Assembly (NCBI GenBank): GCA_038496445.1
Contig: JALMLS010000420.1
Coordinates: forward strand, 372,001-436,000
Length of the DNA stretch: 64,000 nucleotides
Reading direction: 5' to 3'
Source: Trichosphaerium sp. ATCC 40318
Taxonomy: Eukaryota; Protista; Tubulinea
Made by a program: the position numbers and the translations under genes. The notes below the pieces were generated by a model. The model was not told the origin of the DNA, did not search any database, and worked only from the letters and a program-made list of their open reading frames with translations. Shown here one piece after another: positions 1 to 13,079 of this stretch (positions are counted from its first letter, which is position 1; each line of letters begins with the position of its first letter).

Positions 1-2030
1 TCTTACATATTTATTTGTAAACAACGCGCCCGATACTGATATCTGTCTGTTAGCACACAAAATGGATGCGGACGCCTTCAGTCGCGTATAACATACATGG
101 CAATAAAGGAGCCGTTGTTACAGTTGGTAGTCACAGTGGTCACAATTTTATTGCAATGGAATTCATTAACGCAAATGGGGATAATCTAACATACAAAAAC
201 AAGATTATAGAAGCACCTAGCGTAGATTGCCCAGCAGTTGCGTATAATCCGTCTTCCGATAATTTCTTAGTTACGTATACTGCTAAGAATATAAGTTTGA
301 TCGATTTCTCCGTGAGGTATGCTCTTATTTTTAAAGTTATTTATTTTTTTCACCTTTTTGGTTTTTTTTTTATCGTTGAGCTTCTCTGGTAAACCCCTTT
401 TGATGACGCTTGTTAATACTAAGTGTTTTTATAGCACATCTATTTATGGCGTGTTTGTTGATAACTCAGGAAACATTATGGGTGATCATTTTTCAGTAAG
501 CACAACTCCACCGCAACAGAGTGGTATGTCACAATGGCCACCATGTCCTTCTGTAGCTTTCAGCACGGCAGATCAACAATTTTTTGTAACGTGGCATCAA
601 AGAAGGCCTAAAGAGCCTGGATTCGAAATTGTCGGGTGCCTTGTTAATAGACAGACTGGAGGTATTGTAAGTGTAACACAGTCCAAACACCTAGCGTAAG
701 TGTTCTTTATTTATACGTTACATTAAGTTACCTTTCTTAACCTTTAAGTTAGATACAATGGATTAAATCCGAAGAGTGTTTTCTCAGCTACAAAAGCGTT
801 TACTGCATACCAATCTGTTGATTTAGCAACATCTAGACATGAAGCTTTCATTGTAGTCTCTCACCCTCTCCAAGACGATAAAAACACATTCCATAAGCAT
901 ACACGTATAGATGTACGTTATTAAGAGTATACAGCACGCATAGCAACTAGAATTAATGTTGTTTAGAATCACAAAACAAGCAGTTTTGACGTTGGTGTTA
1001 ATACGCCACCAGATATAGTTTTTAATAGCGCTGTTGATAGAGTTATTACTGTGTGGTCTGCAGAGATTGTCACTGGAGAATCTGGTGCGTGTTATAGTTT
1101 ATAGCCTGATATCTGACGTATTTAGACATATACATACGCTCTGCTATTCAGACAGGAGGGTTTGATAGCAAGCCAATAAGAATCTCCTTCGCAAAGGATG
1201 CTTATGCTCCACGCATCGCTGTAGACCTTGTTCATGTAAGGACGATAATGTTTTAACTCGAAGCATCTCTAATATGTTTCTTTTAGAGACAATATCTTGT
1301 CATTTGGAATAAGAGAAGTGGTGGCGTTATGGGACAGTTTTTAAATGAAAGTTTTGAGTGGATAGGACTTAGCTTTGAGATTACAAGCGATAAGTCAGGT
1401 AAATCTATTACTGACCCTGCTACATCTCCTATTGTACAATATATTCCTAATTCCGATCGCTACATTGTACTATGGCCTGGTGCCAATGCGCAGACAATAC
1501 AAGGTGTATTCTTAGGTACATTGCTTAGCCAGTCTTCATTCTTACTTGTAACTTCAATAACCTCCAAATAGGTCCTCCAGATGTTAGTGTGGACATAATT
1601 GTCCCTGGTCAGACGTATACATATGCGCCTACCTCTGTACCAACAGAAGATGCGCCTACATTTGTACCAACAGAAGCTACTAAAGCGCCAGTACCAGCTC
1701 CAACACTTGAACCTACAACCGTACTTCCTCCAATATTTAGCCCAACTCCATTACCACCACTTCCGTCACCTGCTGACGATTTACCTACAATACAACCTAC
1801 ACCGCCTCCACCTGTAATGACACATACAGAATATGTGGAGAATCAGGGTAAATCAAGATCCACTGCCATTGCTTTTGCTAGTACGTCGACTACAATAGAA
1901 TTCTAAATGCTAACCACTTTTTTTAGTTCTTGTTCCAGCTTGCGCTTTCATTGTTATTGGCGTTGGTATTGCTGCATACAAGTGGATAAAGAGTCGTAAA
2001 GATTACCCTGTCATCGAGTATGCTTTGTAG
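1..2030 (+). CDS. Type I membrane protein with repeated propeller-like blades, Pro/Thr stalk, TM and short tail (5' end probably outside window; multi-exon)
   Basis: Recurrent motif P-x-V-A-[YF]...[FY]-[LFI]-V-[TLI]-[WY] (CPAVAYNPSSDNFLVTY, CPSVAFSTADQQFFVTW, PDIVFNSAVDRVITVW, PIVQYIPNSDRYIVLW). P/T stalk at 1600-1820. Hydrophobic TM exon at about 1930-1985. Tail ends DYPVIEYAL*. Confidence 0.7.
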
Positions 2031-2555
2031 ATAAAAGAATTATCGAGTACTTGACAAGACGCCAAGTAAATATTGTAAATAAATTTTGAAAAAAAAGAAC
2101 AAGATAGCAAACTTTTAACCACCAAACTATATTTGTAAACTAAATTGTGGTATTTCTCATTCAAAATTCTACCACGTTTTCCTTAAAGGTTACCCAGCAC
2201 AGCAAACAACCTGTTTCCTTTTCATTCAAAGAAAAGCTGAGATGTAAAATGATTTAAAAGTACATATTGATTTCTACTCAATCAGGAAACAAATCGTTCA
2301 AACATTCTTTTACCGTAAGCGAAGAGTATGGGCACGTGACAAAAAAACGCTTCAGGTATAACGTTACATTAAGCGCTAAAAACGTTCAAAATTACATCAA
2401 CTTTTACTAATTGTCTTGTTGCTTACAAACAAAGGAGCTGAATACTCACTACGATATCTGATCAGGCAGCTATTCATTTCCATCTTTACGTACTTGTCTT
2501 AAGGCACCACAAGGTTCAAACCACAATAAGTTGTGTACAAGTACATATTATCTCA

Positions 2556-5111
2556 ATGTATTTTATTACTGCGTGTTGGTCGTTCTTATCAGCTGTTACG
2601 TCAGTACACTCGTTAAAAATTTGGTTAACATTTTGTACAGTGGTTGGTGGTACCACAATAACTTCTATACGCCCACTACCAACTCTGTGCTATTATTTTC
2701 GAGATATCCCACGCCAGGTAATTAAATTAAATCAAATACGCTTAAAACCATCGCAGGTAAATGTAAATCTCGCCTGTCAAAAGCAATAGGCATACATGAG
2801 GCTGCCAAGACACAAAAAGAAATGACAGGTACAAAACGACTCAAAACGGCGCCTATAATCATTTCCCTGCGTAGAAAACATCAAAAACGAGATTTTACTG
2901 TTGAAAGCAACCTCAAACATACACGCGAAAGGTAGACAACAAAAACAGCGATAAACAAGCTGCACGTCTTGTGGTAGTGTCTAACTGTACGCAAAGTACA
3001 TTTTAAAGGAGATGTTTCTGAGCAAGACATGGAAGAATGGCTAGGAACAGAATTTGATTATGAGAAGCAACCTTCAAATGACTTGGGTGTTAACTGCACA
3101 CATAGTATAAAACAAGCTTTTGACAATGGGTTTAAAAGGCACGTGCCCTGTAACATGTTTTTTCTCTTGAACGAAATTACAATTGTTTTCTTTGGATTTC
3201 TTTGGATTTCGTCGCTTTCTTCGCTCTCTTACGTTGTTATAGGACTATTATTGTTGGAGCAGATATTCCAGGTAATTTTATTTGTCACGATGAGAACTCA
3301 AGGGCGAAATGTAGGCATTACATCGAGTATTATTAATGAAGGATTTGAAAAGTTATTGTCAAATGATGTTGTCATTGGTCCAGCTGAAGACGGTGTGAAA
3401 TTTTTATATTGGGCCCTTAAATCGCTTACATAATATGATATTAGGTGGCTACTATATGATTGGATTTAGATCTGGTGCGCGTGCATGGCCAGAGTTGTTC
3501 AAAGTACGCACAAAAAAGTGAAGGTTCTTCTTAATTAAGTTTTTTTGTTTAATTTATAGAACATAAACTGGGGCACAGATGAGGTCTTTGATCAAACCAT
3601 GAAATTGGCTAAAAATAAGGTACTTTATTATGCCGTATACTTAGCTTATAATCAAACCGTAGAGTCTATCAGTTGGAACAACAGCGTATTTGCGAGATGT
3701 TGATTTTGTTGAGGATTTAGTTGAATGGTATGTATTTACAATTCGTTTAACGTCAGCGTTGCTTACAAGCTGTGCAAGGGAGCGTGTGAAGAAACTAAAA
3801 AAAGAACAAGCATCTGAACACAAAATAAGTGTTGTGATACCTGTATTAAATGAGCAAGATAACATTGAACGAGTAAGTATCATCTATCTACAAAAAGTTA
3901 CCTAGGACCAGTCTTTTGATTTTTGTTTTACAGCTTGCAAAAGATCTTCGTAGTAAGGGTAAAAATATTGAAATTATTATATCGGATGGCGGAAGGTAAG
4001 TACCTTCATTAAAAAGTCAACCATGCTTACCTGAGTAGTGTTGATTCCACGCTTGACATTGTCAATAAATTAAAAGAAGAGTCAATTGTTGATGTTGTTG
4101 TAAATAGCAAAAAAGGAAGGTAATGCCAAACCTTCTTCTAATAGTATATTCACAGCATGTTAATTTTGCTGTTAAACATCAACATAGTTCGCATACTAAA
4201 AGTTGATCCATTTAAATGAATGATTTTGTTTTAACTTTTTTTTTTTTTTTAGAGCTTCTCAGATGAATTCTGGAGCTAGTGCTAGTACAGGCAACATACT
4301 TTTTTTCCTTCACGCAGATAGTGTAGTACCACATCGTAAGAAATAACTCTGATATGGTGTAAATACTAATCACGTGCTGTTTAAAACAGACTACGATGGA
4401 ATAATAAGAAAAATTCTAAATACAGAAAAAAATGGCAGTACACCTGGAGCAGGTTTGTGCACTTGACTCACTTTATATTACTCACTCTATTTCTTTTAGG
4501 TGCTTTCAGTTTTAAGGTGGATAGACCTGATAGCTTATGGGGATTACCCATGGTCGAAAGAAGTACTAATTGGAGAAGCAAGTACGAGCCCAACAACAAA
4601 AAAGTACTCTACAGCTCATTGCACTTTTCTGAAGGTTTCTCCAACTTCCTTATGGAGATCAAGGTTTCTTTGTCACCAAAGACAAGTATAATAAACTCAA
4701 TGGATACAAGGTATGACTTTCTTATTCATAGGTTAATAATAGCTTTTAAGAACATGGAAATGATGGAAGACTACGATTTTATTAAAAGAGCAAGGTACCT
4801 TTCTTGTTTTGAAATTGATTTCTCGTATTCTGTTAACTCCTTGTTTTAAAAAGTAAGCTCGGTGGTATAGCTATATCTTCTACACATCTCATTACAAGTT
4901 CAAGACGATGGCAGAAGCTTGGTACATGAGACTTACAGAAAAACGTTTAACTGATTTGGTAAAAGGTGTTTTGAAAGTAACAGCAACGAATTGGATGCTT
5001 GTTGCTCTTTACAATCTAGGATTTTCTACCTCAACACTACGTACGTAATAACTACACATGTGTCAATAATATTTAAGCGTAAATTTAGGTAAAATGTACT
5101 ATGGGAGCTAA
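2556..5111 (+). CDS. Fused TIGR04282 (DUF2064/CofC-like) + TIGR04283 (GT2) arsenosugar-biosynthesis-type glycosyltransferase (multi-exon)
   Basis: N-half after splicing: VLLFSRYPTPGKCKSRL, QPSNDLG, IIVGADIPG, DVVIGPAEDGGYYMIG, INWGTDEVF, LRDVDFVEDL. C-half: KISVVIPVLNE, IIISDGGS, RASQMNSGA, GNILFFLHADS, MEDYDFIKR, TSSRRWQKLG. Confidence 0.85.
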
Positions 5112-5429
5112 GAAAAGACGTCTTTTCATCACATAAAAAAAAAACAGTTACTTATTCCTGTTTGTACTTGGTGTCATCAAAAGGCATATGGTATTTTAAT
5201 AGTTTGGCGATATTCTTTACTCGTAGTTATCATTAAATCAATAGATTATTTATCAGTCGACCTGTAAGAATTTGACTTCCTCTTGCTTTAATTAGGGCTA
5301 GTAAAAAAAAAATTAGGACTAGTAACCCTTGTAAAACTTGGTCAAAACAGCTCAAAAATACTCGGAAACGCATCTCGCACATATGATAGACATGCTAAGA
5401 GGCTCGTTGGATGCCTACTTAGAGCAGTT

Positions 5430-8177
5430 TTTTATTCTTTCCTGAAAGCTGTCGTGTTATAAGATAAGCAGCCATAGTATAATAGATGAGTCAATACTGT
5501 CTGGTTTAACTATTGATAGACGACCAGAAGTACCACTCCAGGAGAGGATAACCTCAACAAGGTAGACAACAATGATAATCTTGGTCACACACGTTTGTAA
5601 AGTTTTTGTATTTGTACAAAGGTTTGGGTTATTTTTTTTTCTATTCACATGTTTTTCGGATCTTTTGATTTTACCTATCCCTTCTATTCCTTCTCCCATT
5701 GTTACCACTCCAGAAATAAAATCCACTACTGCGCCAATGAGGCCTTCTAAAAAACAAATACGTTATGAAGTTCATAAGCAACAGAATCAAAAACAAAAGG
5801 TAGCTTACGTATCAGTGTAATGTTGATAATACAAAGTGTCGTTTTCATTCATCATCCACCGCCCAATGAACTTCACGTTTTCAAAACCGGGCATCTTAAT
5901 AATAGATTCATTGTCGTTGTTACCTTCATCCTCAACAGTATCTGGTACTTTAATCCTTCGAATAAAAAAGTCAACTCTAAATATCAGGAAAAAATTAAGA
6001 AAATTAACTCACTTGTTGTTCTTTAACAGAACAAGACCTTGTACAGACTCTAGCTTAGGGAACTTAATGTCTTCAAGCATATAATTCTAACCAATGGATT
6101 AGAACTATGCAAAAGTCGAGTACTATTACTTGTTGGACATTAAGGTCAGTGTGAATCCTTTGTAACTTCGGGAAAGCAACTGAGGTTAACTTTAAGTTTC
6201 TAAAGATTAAGAGCTGAGATTTAGCTTGCTCAAGACTTTCAAAATTTGTTAGGGTCTCGAGATTAGTGTTATTAAATATTTCAATATGTCCAGAAACAAC
6301 TCTAAGACTTTGAAACGCCTAGGAGAGAATCTTTTAGAAAAAGATTACAAACAAAAAAAAAAGTACGTCGATTGTCTCCAATGCTTCATTACTAGAGATA
6401 GAGATACTATTTTTTATCTCAGTCAATGCTGTGATGCCCTATTTTGTAATAAGTCAACAATGTAGAAAATAGATAAAGGACGTACAGTGATATGAAGTAA
6501 ACTTGGATTTTGTTTTATTTGAATAAATCCACCAACTGACGATAAAACTGGGAACTCAACAACTCGTAATCCAGTGCCAAGAATGATTAAATAAGCACCT
6601 ACACTTCCTTAAAAGAGATCTATTACTTCCCAAGGTCAACATACTGATTGTGTGCAACGATTTCAATCGAAGAGATCGAAGGCTAGGACATTTATCGATC
6701 GAAATAAACTCGCAAGCTTGAAAAGCAGGCAAGTACAAAACAGCCAATAGCTCATTTTCTGAAACTGTAAGTTGACCAGGCTGTATAGTAACAACAAACA
6801 CATTAGTATAATTAAATGATGATACAAAAAAACACTAAATACGTACATGTGTTAACTTAGGAAGAGACACTGAAGTAAGTGAAGGGTTATTAGATATTTT
6901 AAGCGATTGAGATTTTCTGAAGGAAATGAAATTCGCGACTTTCAAAGCTGTATTGTTCGATACCTCAAGAACAACACCAGGATCTTTTAGTATATTAAAT
7001 CCTTTTATATTAACTAGCATTGGATTATTCCTAATACGTAATCTATTGCCAACAGACTCCAATGAAGAGAACCCATCAATAGCTTCCAGTTTGGGATTTC
7101 TTAAAATATCGATGTATTCTCCGACATGACCAAGTTTGTTAAAGCCTAGTGACTTGACACCAACAGTGTGAATATATAAGAATCCATTAACTTTCTCTAG
7201 AGATTCAAAATCGACAGTAATAAGTTCAGGGGCGCCTGTAATGTACAAGTATGTATCCACGTTTTTTATGCTGTTAAGGTATATCCATGTTAAGTTTGTA
7301 TTATTCCATATCGTAATAGATTTCGCAAAAGTCATATTTTCAAACCCAAAAATGCCAACTAATGCCGGACAATCTAGAAAAAATAATTAAAAAAAATGGT
7401 TGCAATGTTTTTTTTTCTCTTTTGTTTTCACGGACGCTACTCTTTGTAGTTTATCCAAATATCAAAGAAAATAGTGACTGGTATTTAAGTAATTAATAAT
7501 AAAACATTTGGTAGTGAAAAGAAATCAAGGAGATTTCAGGTCGAGCCGAAAAGGCAAAAAAAAAAAACTTGCCTTTAATAGTAAGTGAATTCATTCTCTT
7601 AATTTTATCGAATCCACCAATGAGCTATTTTAACAAAAAATTAGTCTCCTCTGACCCTCTTACCCACACTGTAACAAACAAAAAAACTATAACGTACTGT
7701 AAGTGAGTCACAACGTCTAAATACTAAATCACCACCAAGAGTTTCAATTGTGGAGAAATTCACAAATGTTGACAACTTTGGAGCGTCTTCTATCATCAAA
7801 TAGCCAGCAATTGATTTTAATCGTGGTATTTGTATAGCAGTCAAGTTTGTGTTATTGCTAATAAGCACATAACCTATAAAAGAAGCAGTTGGTGTAAACT
7901 GAAGATATAATGACGGTTCACAAACGCAAATAACACTAGACGCTTATAAACGGTGTTTAACGAGCGTACCTGTTATCGTCTCAAGTTTGGGGAACGACAA
8001 AATAGTAATATTCGTGTGTTCGACCAGTAGGGTGTTTATACTAGTACAGTTGACCAGGGCGAGCATTGTTTTCTCATTGTAAATCGATTGCGTTCCGCAA
8101 TTCAGTGTTTTTGGTTTATCTTCGTTACCGCGTACAATGAGGAATAGAGATAGTAATAAAAGTACGTACAGTCGCAT
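5430..8177 (-). CDS. Secreted/surface receptor L-domain (leucine-rich) repeat protein (multi-exon; 3' end uncertain)
   Basis: Signal peptide MRLYVLLLLSLFLIVRG. Many repeats of the type F-x-x-L-x-x-V-x-G-x-L-x-I-x-x-N-x-x-L in ORFs 6835-7335, 7641-7868 and 7944-8186. Confidence 0.7.
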
Positions 8178-8353
8178 ACGTGGCAAACTCTATTAATACG
8201 TCAGAAAACATATCAAACAGGCGTAAAACGTACTCTACAAGTATTTGTAGAACACCACAGCGTTGACATGTGCGGTAGTTACCTCAGTGCTAAGTTAGGC
8301 TAAGTCAATTTGATTTTGGCGTCAAACTGCCAATAAATCATTTCTGCACGATA

Positions 8354-11300
8354 ATGCAGTCTCGTGGAGCCTTTATTGGCTTTATAGCAGTACTCATGCT
8401 TCTTTTGGGGTCCTGTCAAGCATCACAAAATGTCATGGAGAAGTTTCTGAATATGCCAAATACTACGTTTATTCAAGAGTTCTCGCGTGAATATACAAAA
8501 GAACCTCATTTGGCGGGTACAATGGAAAGCTTCCTTGTAGCGAACTATACTTACACAAAGGCATGTACAGCGTTGTTTTAGAACTGTTTTAAACTGATAC
8601 ACGTGATTTTAGATGCTTGAGTTTGGATTTCAAGCAGAGCTTCTTGAGTTTGAGTCGTTAATGTCTTATCCTGCACGAAGAGAAGTTAAAATGCTTGCTC
8701 CCATACAGTACTGTTTCGAAACTAGTTTGCTGTCATTCATTTCACTTACGACTTTCGGCAAGGTTTGATGCTGGTCTCAAGGAGCCTGTTGTGCCAGGTG
8801 ATCCATTCAGTTCCAATCCAAAGTACCTTGACAGTCCAAGTTTTCTTAATAAATGTTTTTTTCTTACCATGTTCTTAAAGCATTGTCGATTCCTACATTT
8901 CTTGGGGGCCAACTGGTTCAGCACAAGGCTCACTGGTACTGCATAAAATACAAATTTGTCACCTCAGCTCATAATACCAACAGGTGTATGTAAACTACGC
9001 AAGAGTGGAAGACTTTGAACACTTAAAAGTACGTATTCGTTTTAAATTTAGATTGTTATACTGACATTACTCAGTCTATTGGCGTTTCTGTTGAGGGCAA
9101 AATTGCAATAGCTAGGTATGGATTTCTTCATAGAGGAACGAAAGGATATATTGCAGAGCAAAACGGAGCAAAGGTAGGAATGATTGTCATTTGCAAAGAC
9201 ATTCACTTTACATGTTATTTTTAGGCAATTCTCATTTACTCGGATCCACAAGATGACGGGTACACTTTCAAAAAAAGATTGCGTATACTTATATTATTTT
9301 AAAGATACGCAGTCGGACCAACATATCCGGAAGGCCCATGGAGACCAGAATACAGTACCAAATAACATTTCTGCTTCTTGTTTATTTCTTGCTTGTTGTT
9401 TATTTCTTGTTAAGGTATTCAAAGAGGAAGCGGGAAATGGGGATCTATATGTCCTGGTGACCCAAGGTACGCTTTTTGTTTGATATCATACTGTACAAAA
9501 CGAGTAATAACGTTGTACAGGCGCACGGAGATATGCTTGGGAAAAGCCAACCTAAACTACACAGGGAATCTAACACCTAACATTCCAATCATGCCACTCA
9601 GGTACAAACAAGCAGTACGCCTAGTTACCATGGTACTTACATAGATTATAGCTGGGGTGACGCGCTACCATTTTTGAGTAATATGGGAGGTCAAGAAGTA
9701 ATTGATGATTTCCGTGTAAGCCATAACAACTCCAATACTTTTTTCTTCACTTTCTTTGATCTCAGATTTTATCTAGGGTGCTCTAAATATCACTTACAGA
9801 TATGGTGATGAAGTAAATCAAGCTTCAGTTGTTGTAGAAATGAATTATGAAGTGAAGACTCTGTATCTACCCAACCAACATTTTGTTTACACTTTTTTTC
9901 ACGTCTAACTTTTCGTTAACTTCTGAAGATACAATGTTCGTGCAAAGATTGTTGGATCATCAGAACCAGATAAAGTCGTTCTTGTTGGCAATCATCACGG
10001 TACAATATAATAAAAGCTAAAGTCTAAAACGCTTATCACATCTCCAATACAAGATGCATGGACTTTTGGAGCAGCTGATCCCAATTCTGGTTCTTCTGCA
10101 ATGCTTGAAGTTATGCGTTGTTTCAGTGAGCTCATATCTGAAGGATGGAGCCCAAAGAGAGTAAGTACATATTTCCTACTGTTTGTTTACATATCTTTCA
10201 AGAGTATTTGGTTTCACAGTTGGGATGGCGAAGAACATAACTTGCTTGGTTCAACTTGGTATGGAGAAAAATATGCGGCAGAACTACAGGAGAAAGGCGT
10301 TGCGTACATTAATATGGGTACATTTAATAGATCAAAAAACTCCACATGATAAAATTAAAATGACACGTGAGTCTTTTTGTAGATGTTGGTGCAGCTGGCC
10401 CAAATTTCTCGACTGGAGTATCACCTTCACTCATAGTACTCATTGAAGAAATGGCGGGAAAAGTACCTTATCCAGGTAAAGTAGTCGTAGAAACTTTATT
10501 TTTTTCTGACTTTGTTGTTCCTCTTAAGGAAACGAAGACAATTCTACTGAGACTATTCTTGATCATTGGGATGATTTAAATGATAGACAAGTACTTGTTT
10601 TAGGATCAGGATCAGACTTTACTGTATTTATCGACCACTTGGGCATTCCATCTGTATCCATGAACTCACAGAACACCTACTTTGTTTATTATTAAGTGTG
10701 CACTTTCTTTCTTTTGTCCTTGACAAATCAAGATAGATTTTGGATTTAGAGCTGGTGGGCGTGGGGCTAGCTATGGAGTGTATCACTCTGCATATGACAA
10801 TACAAATTGGATGGAGAAATTTGGGTAAACACTTTTCGTGTTTTAGTTGCTTTGGTTTGTTATTTGTTAACCTTTTGTAAAGAGATCCAGGTTACCTGTT
10901 CCACCAAGGCTCTGCAAGACTTCTTGGATCTTTAATCATAAGACTTTCAGAAGATGATCACTATCCTATGGACTTTACAGTTTACGGAGGCAATCTCGAA
11001 GTGTACGCTTACAAACCACTTGTTTTTCTTACTACCAGTATCTAACGTATAACTAGGTACTATGATACCTTAGAAGAACTCATTGACAGCCACAATGCCA
11101 CAGAAGTAGATATAGTACCTATTCTGGAAGCTGTTACTGAATTCTTGGAGACAGCTATTAACTTTAAAGATGAAATCAGTGAGTACCTCGAGTTTGGTTG
11201 GCCAGATACAACAACAAGGCTGGAGGTAAGTTATTGTCCGTTTTGGGTGTTGTATCTTATCGTTTCTATTAGATCAACCAGCGCATGCAAGACTCTGAGA

Positions 11301-11744
11301 GAAGTTTTATTATACCAAGGGGACTCCCTGAACGTCCTTGGTATCGTCACATTGTTCAAGCACCAGGCTTGTTTCTTGGATATGGTGCACAAGTTTTCCC
11401 AGGTACTGACATTGCTTATATGATAAAACGCTGAAATATTTGTTGTAGGTGTAACGCAGGCTATCCTCGAAGGCAATTGGGAAGTTGCTAACGACCAAGT
11501 AGCAGTGGCTGCTGGTGTTATCAAACAAGCAAGCGATATGTTGAAACGTAAGAGCTTACAAAAAAGCAACCAACTTTTTCTTAAACCTCACTTATTTTCT
11601 TTAGCTCCCACTCAAGATAATAAGGCTAACTTTATCCTACTATATGTTGTTCTTGGACTTGCTGGTATTGTCGTAATAGCTGCCATTGTGGTTGCGATTT
11701 GCTACTGCAGGAAGAGCAAGAAACAGTATGAAGAAGTGTCCTGA
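8354..11744 (+). CDS. Glutamate carboxypeptidase II / M28B peptidase (PA, M28 and TFR-dimer domains) with signal peptide and C-terminal TM
   Basis: Motifs PHLAGT, VYVNYARVEDF, GNHHDAWTFGAADPNSG, SWDGEEHNLLGS, YINMD, LGSGSDF, YGVYHSAYD, GLPERPWYRH. C-terminal TM FILLYVVLGLAGIVVIAAIVVAIC. Confidence 0.92.
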
Positions 11745-11985
11745 TCATAAAATCTAAAAGGATAATAAATGAAAACTTTTTTTGAGTTAACTACCTTACC
11801 TGCCAGGACCCAAAAAGAAGCGTGAATACTGCCTCAATGCCAATGCAGGCTCTACTAGAGAGTGCATTACTGTTTACAAATGATTTGGTGAGGACAGAGT
11901 GACGAAACTGGGGACAATATTCTAAAACTGCAATAAAATAAAATTGCTGACTTTTTGTTAAGTGAAACCAAGTTACAGAGCAGCA

Positions 11986-12862
11986 ATGGCGTTCGAAAAT
12001 AAGGCAGACTTGAGGGACCAAGTTGCATTACGCGTAGATGATATAAAGGGATCAATTGAGCCAGAAGCTGAGGAAGAAAACTGGGATAAACCGCCATTCC
12101 CAGTATTAGGACCAGATTTAGTGTACAAGGTGCGTTTTTGGTATTATAACGCGTTTCTAACATAAAAAGGGCTATACACTTCGTGACTTTGATGAGCAGA
12201 ACCTTACAGGCTGTATGTTCTTTGTTAGGCGTCTGTTTGAGTGTATACGTACGTTTAACCGTATTTGAGTACAAAACTCACGCTAAATAGCATTTGGATA
12301 CTTTAAAGACTACCACAGGTATTAAACACGCGCCTCAAATCGAGAAACTCACTTTTTTTCAGAGATGGTTCAAATGACATTAAGTACTGCGACCAGCAAG
12401 TAACACAACTATACGCATGTCTAAGATACACAGCAAGCGCTGACGCACCTAGTGTCAAAAAAGTACGAACATGTCACAATCAAAAATCAAAAAAAAAAGC
12501 TAAAAAATCTTGTTTAGTCTATCATTGATGAGGCGAATGCAGATATACTGAGAATGTACCAAAGAAGGTATGTTGACTATTATTTTTTAAGAACACGTGG
12601 GGTTTCTTTATTAACAGATGTCTTTGAAAGGTACCCAAGATGGAATAAGTATCCGACAATATTGAAAAAGAGAAAAAATGTTACAGAAAATTGGGACAAT
12701 AATTTTAAAGGTCTTAAAACAAAAGTACAAGATGAACGCATACAAGAATATTTTGATCGTTTTTCACAAAATGAAGATATATGGGAGCGTTTTGATGATC
12801 CTACCATGAAAGAAAAGGTTGAAAAACAACTTTCTGGAACCGACGATGAGGTGGAAACTTAG
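11986..12862 (+). CDS. Hypothetical protein (multi-exon)
   Basis: ATG at 11986 with GT-AG-bounded exons leading to the charged terminal exon ending GTDDEVET*. No family recognised. Confidence 0.5.
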
Positions 12863-13079
12863 AAGAAAAAAAAACCAATAATTCTTTCAACACATTTTCT
12901 CCTTCACCTCGAACTGTAATTAATTAAAACACCTTTTTTTTTGTGCACATAACATAAGATGAATACATTAATATTTAAAAACAGCCTGGTTAGACAGCAC
13001 TAAAGAGAAATAGCTCAAAAAAACTAAACAATTTCATTCAATGAAAAACAAGGTTTTAACTAACTACATAATATTAAAA

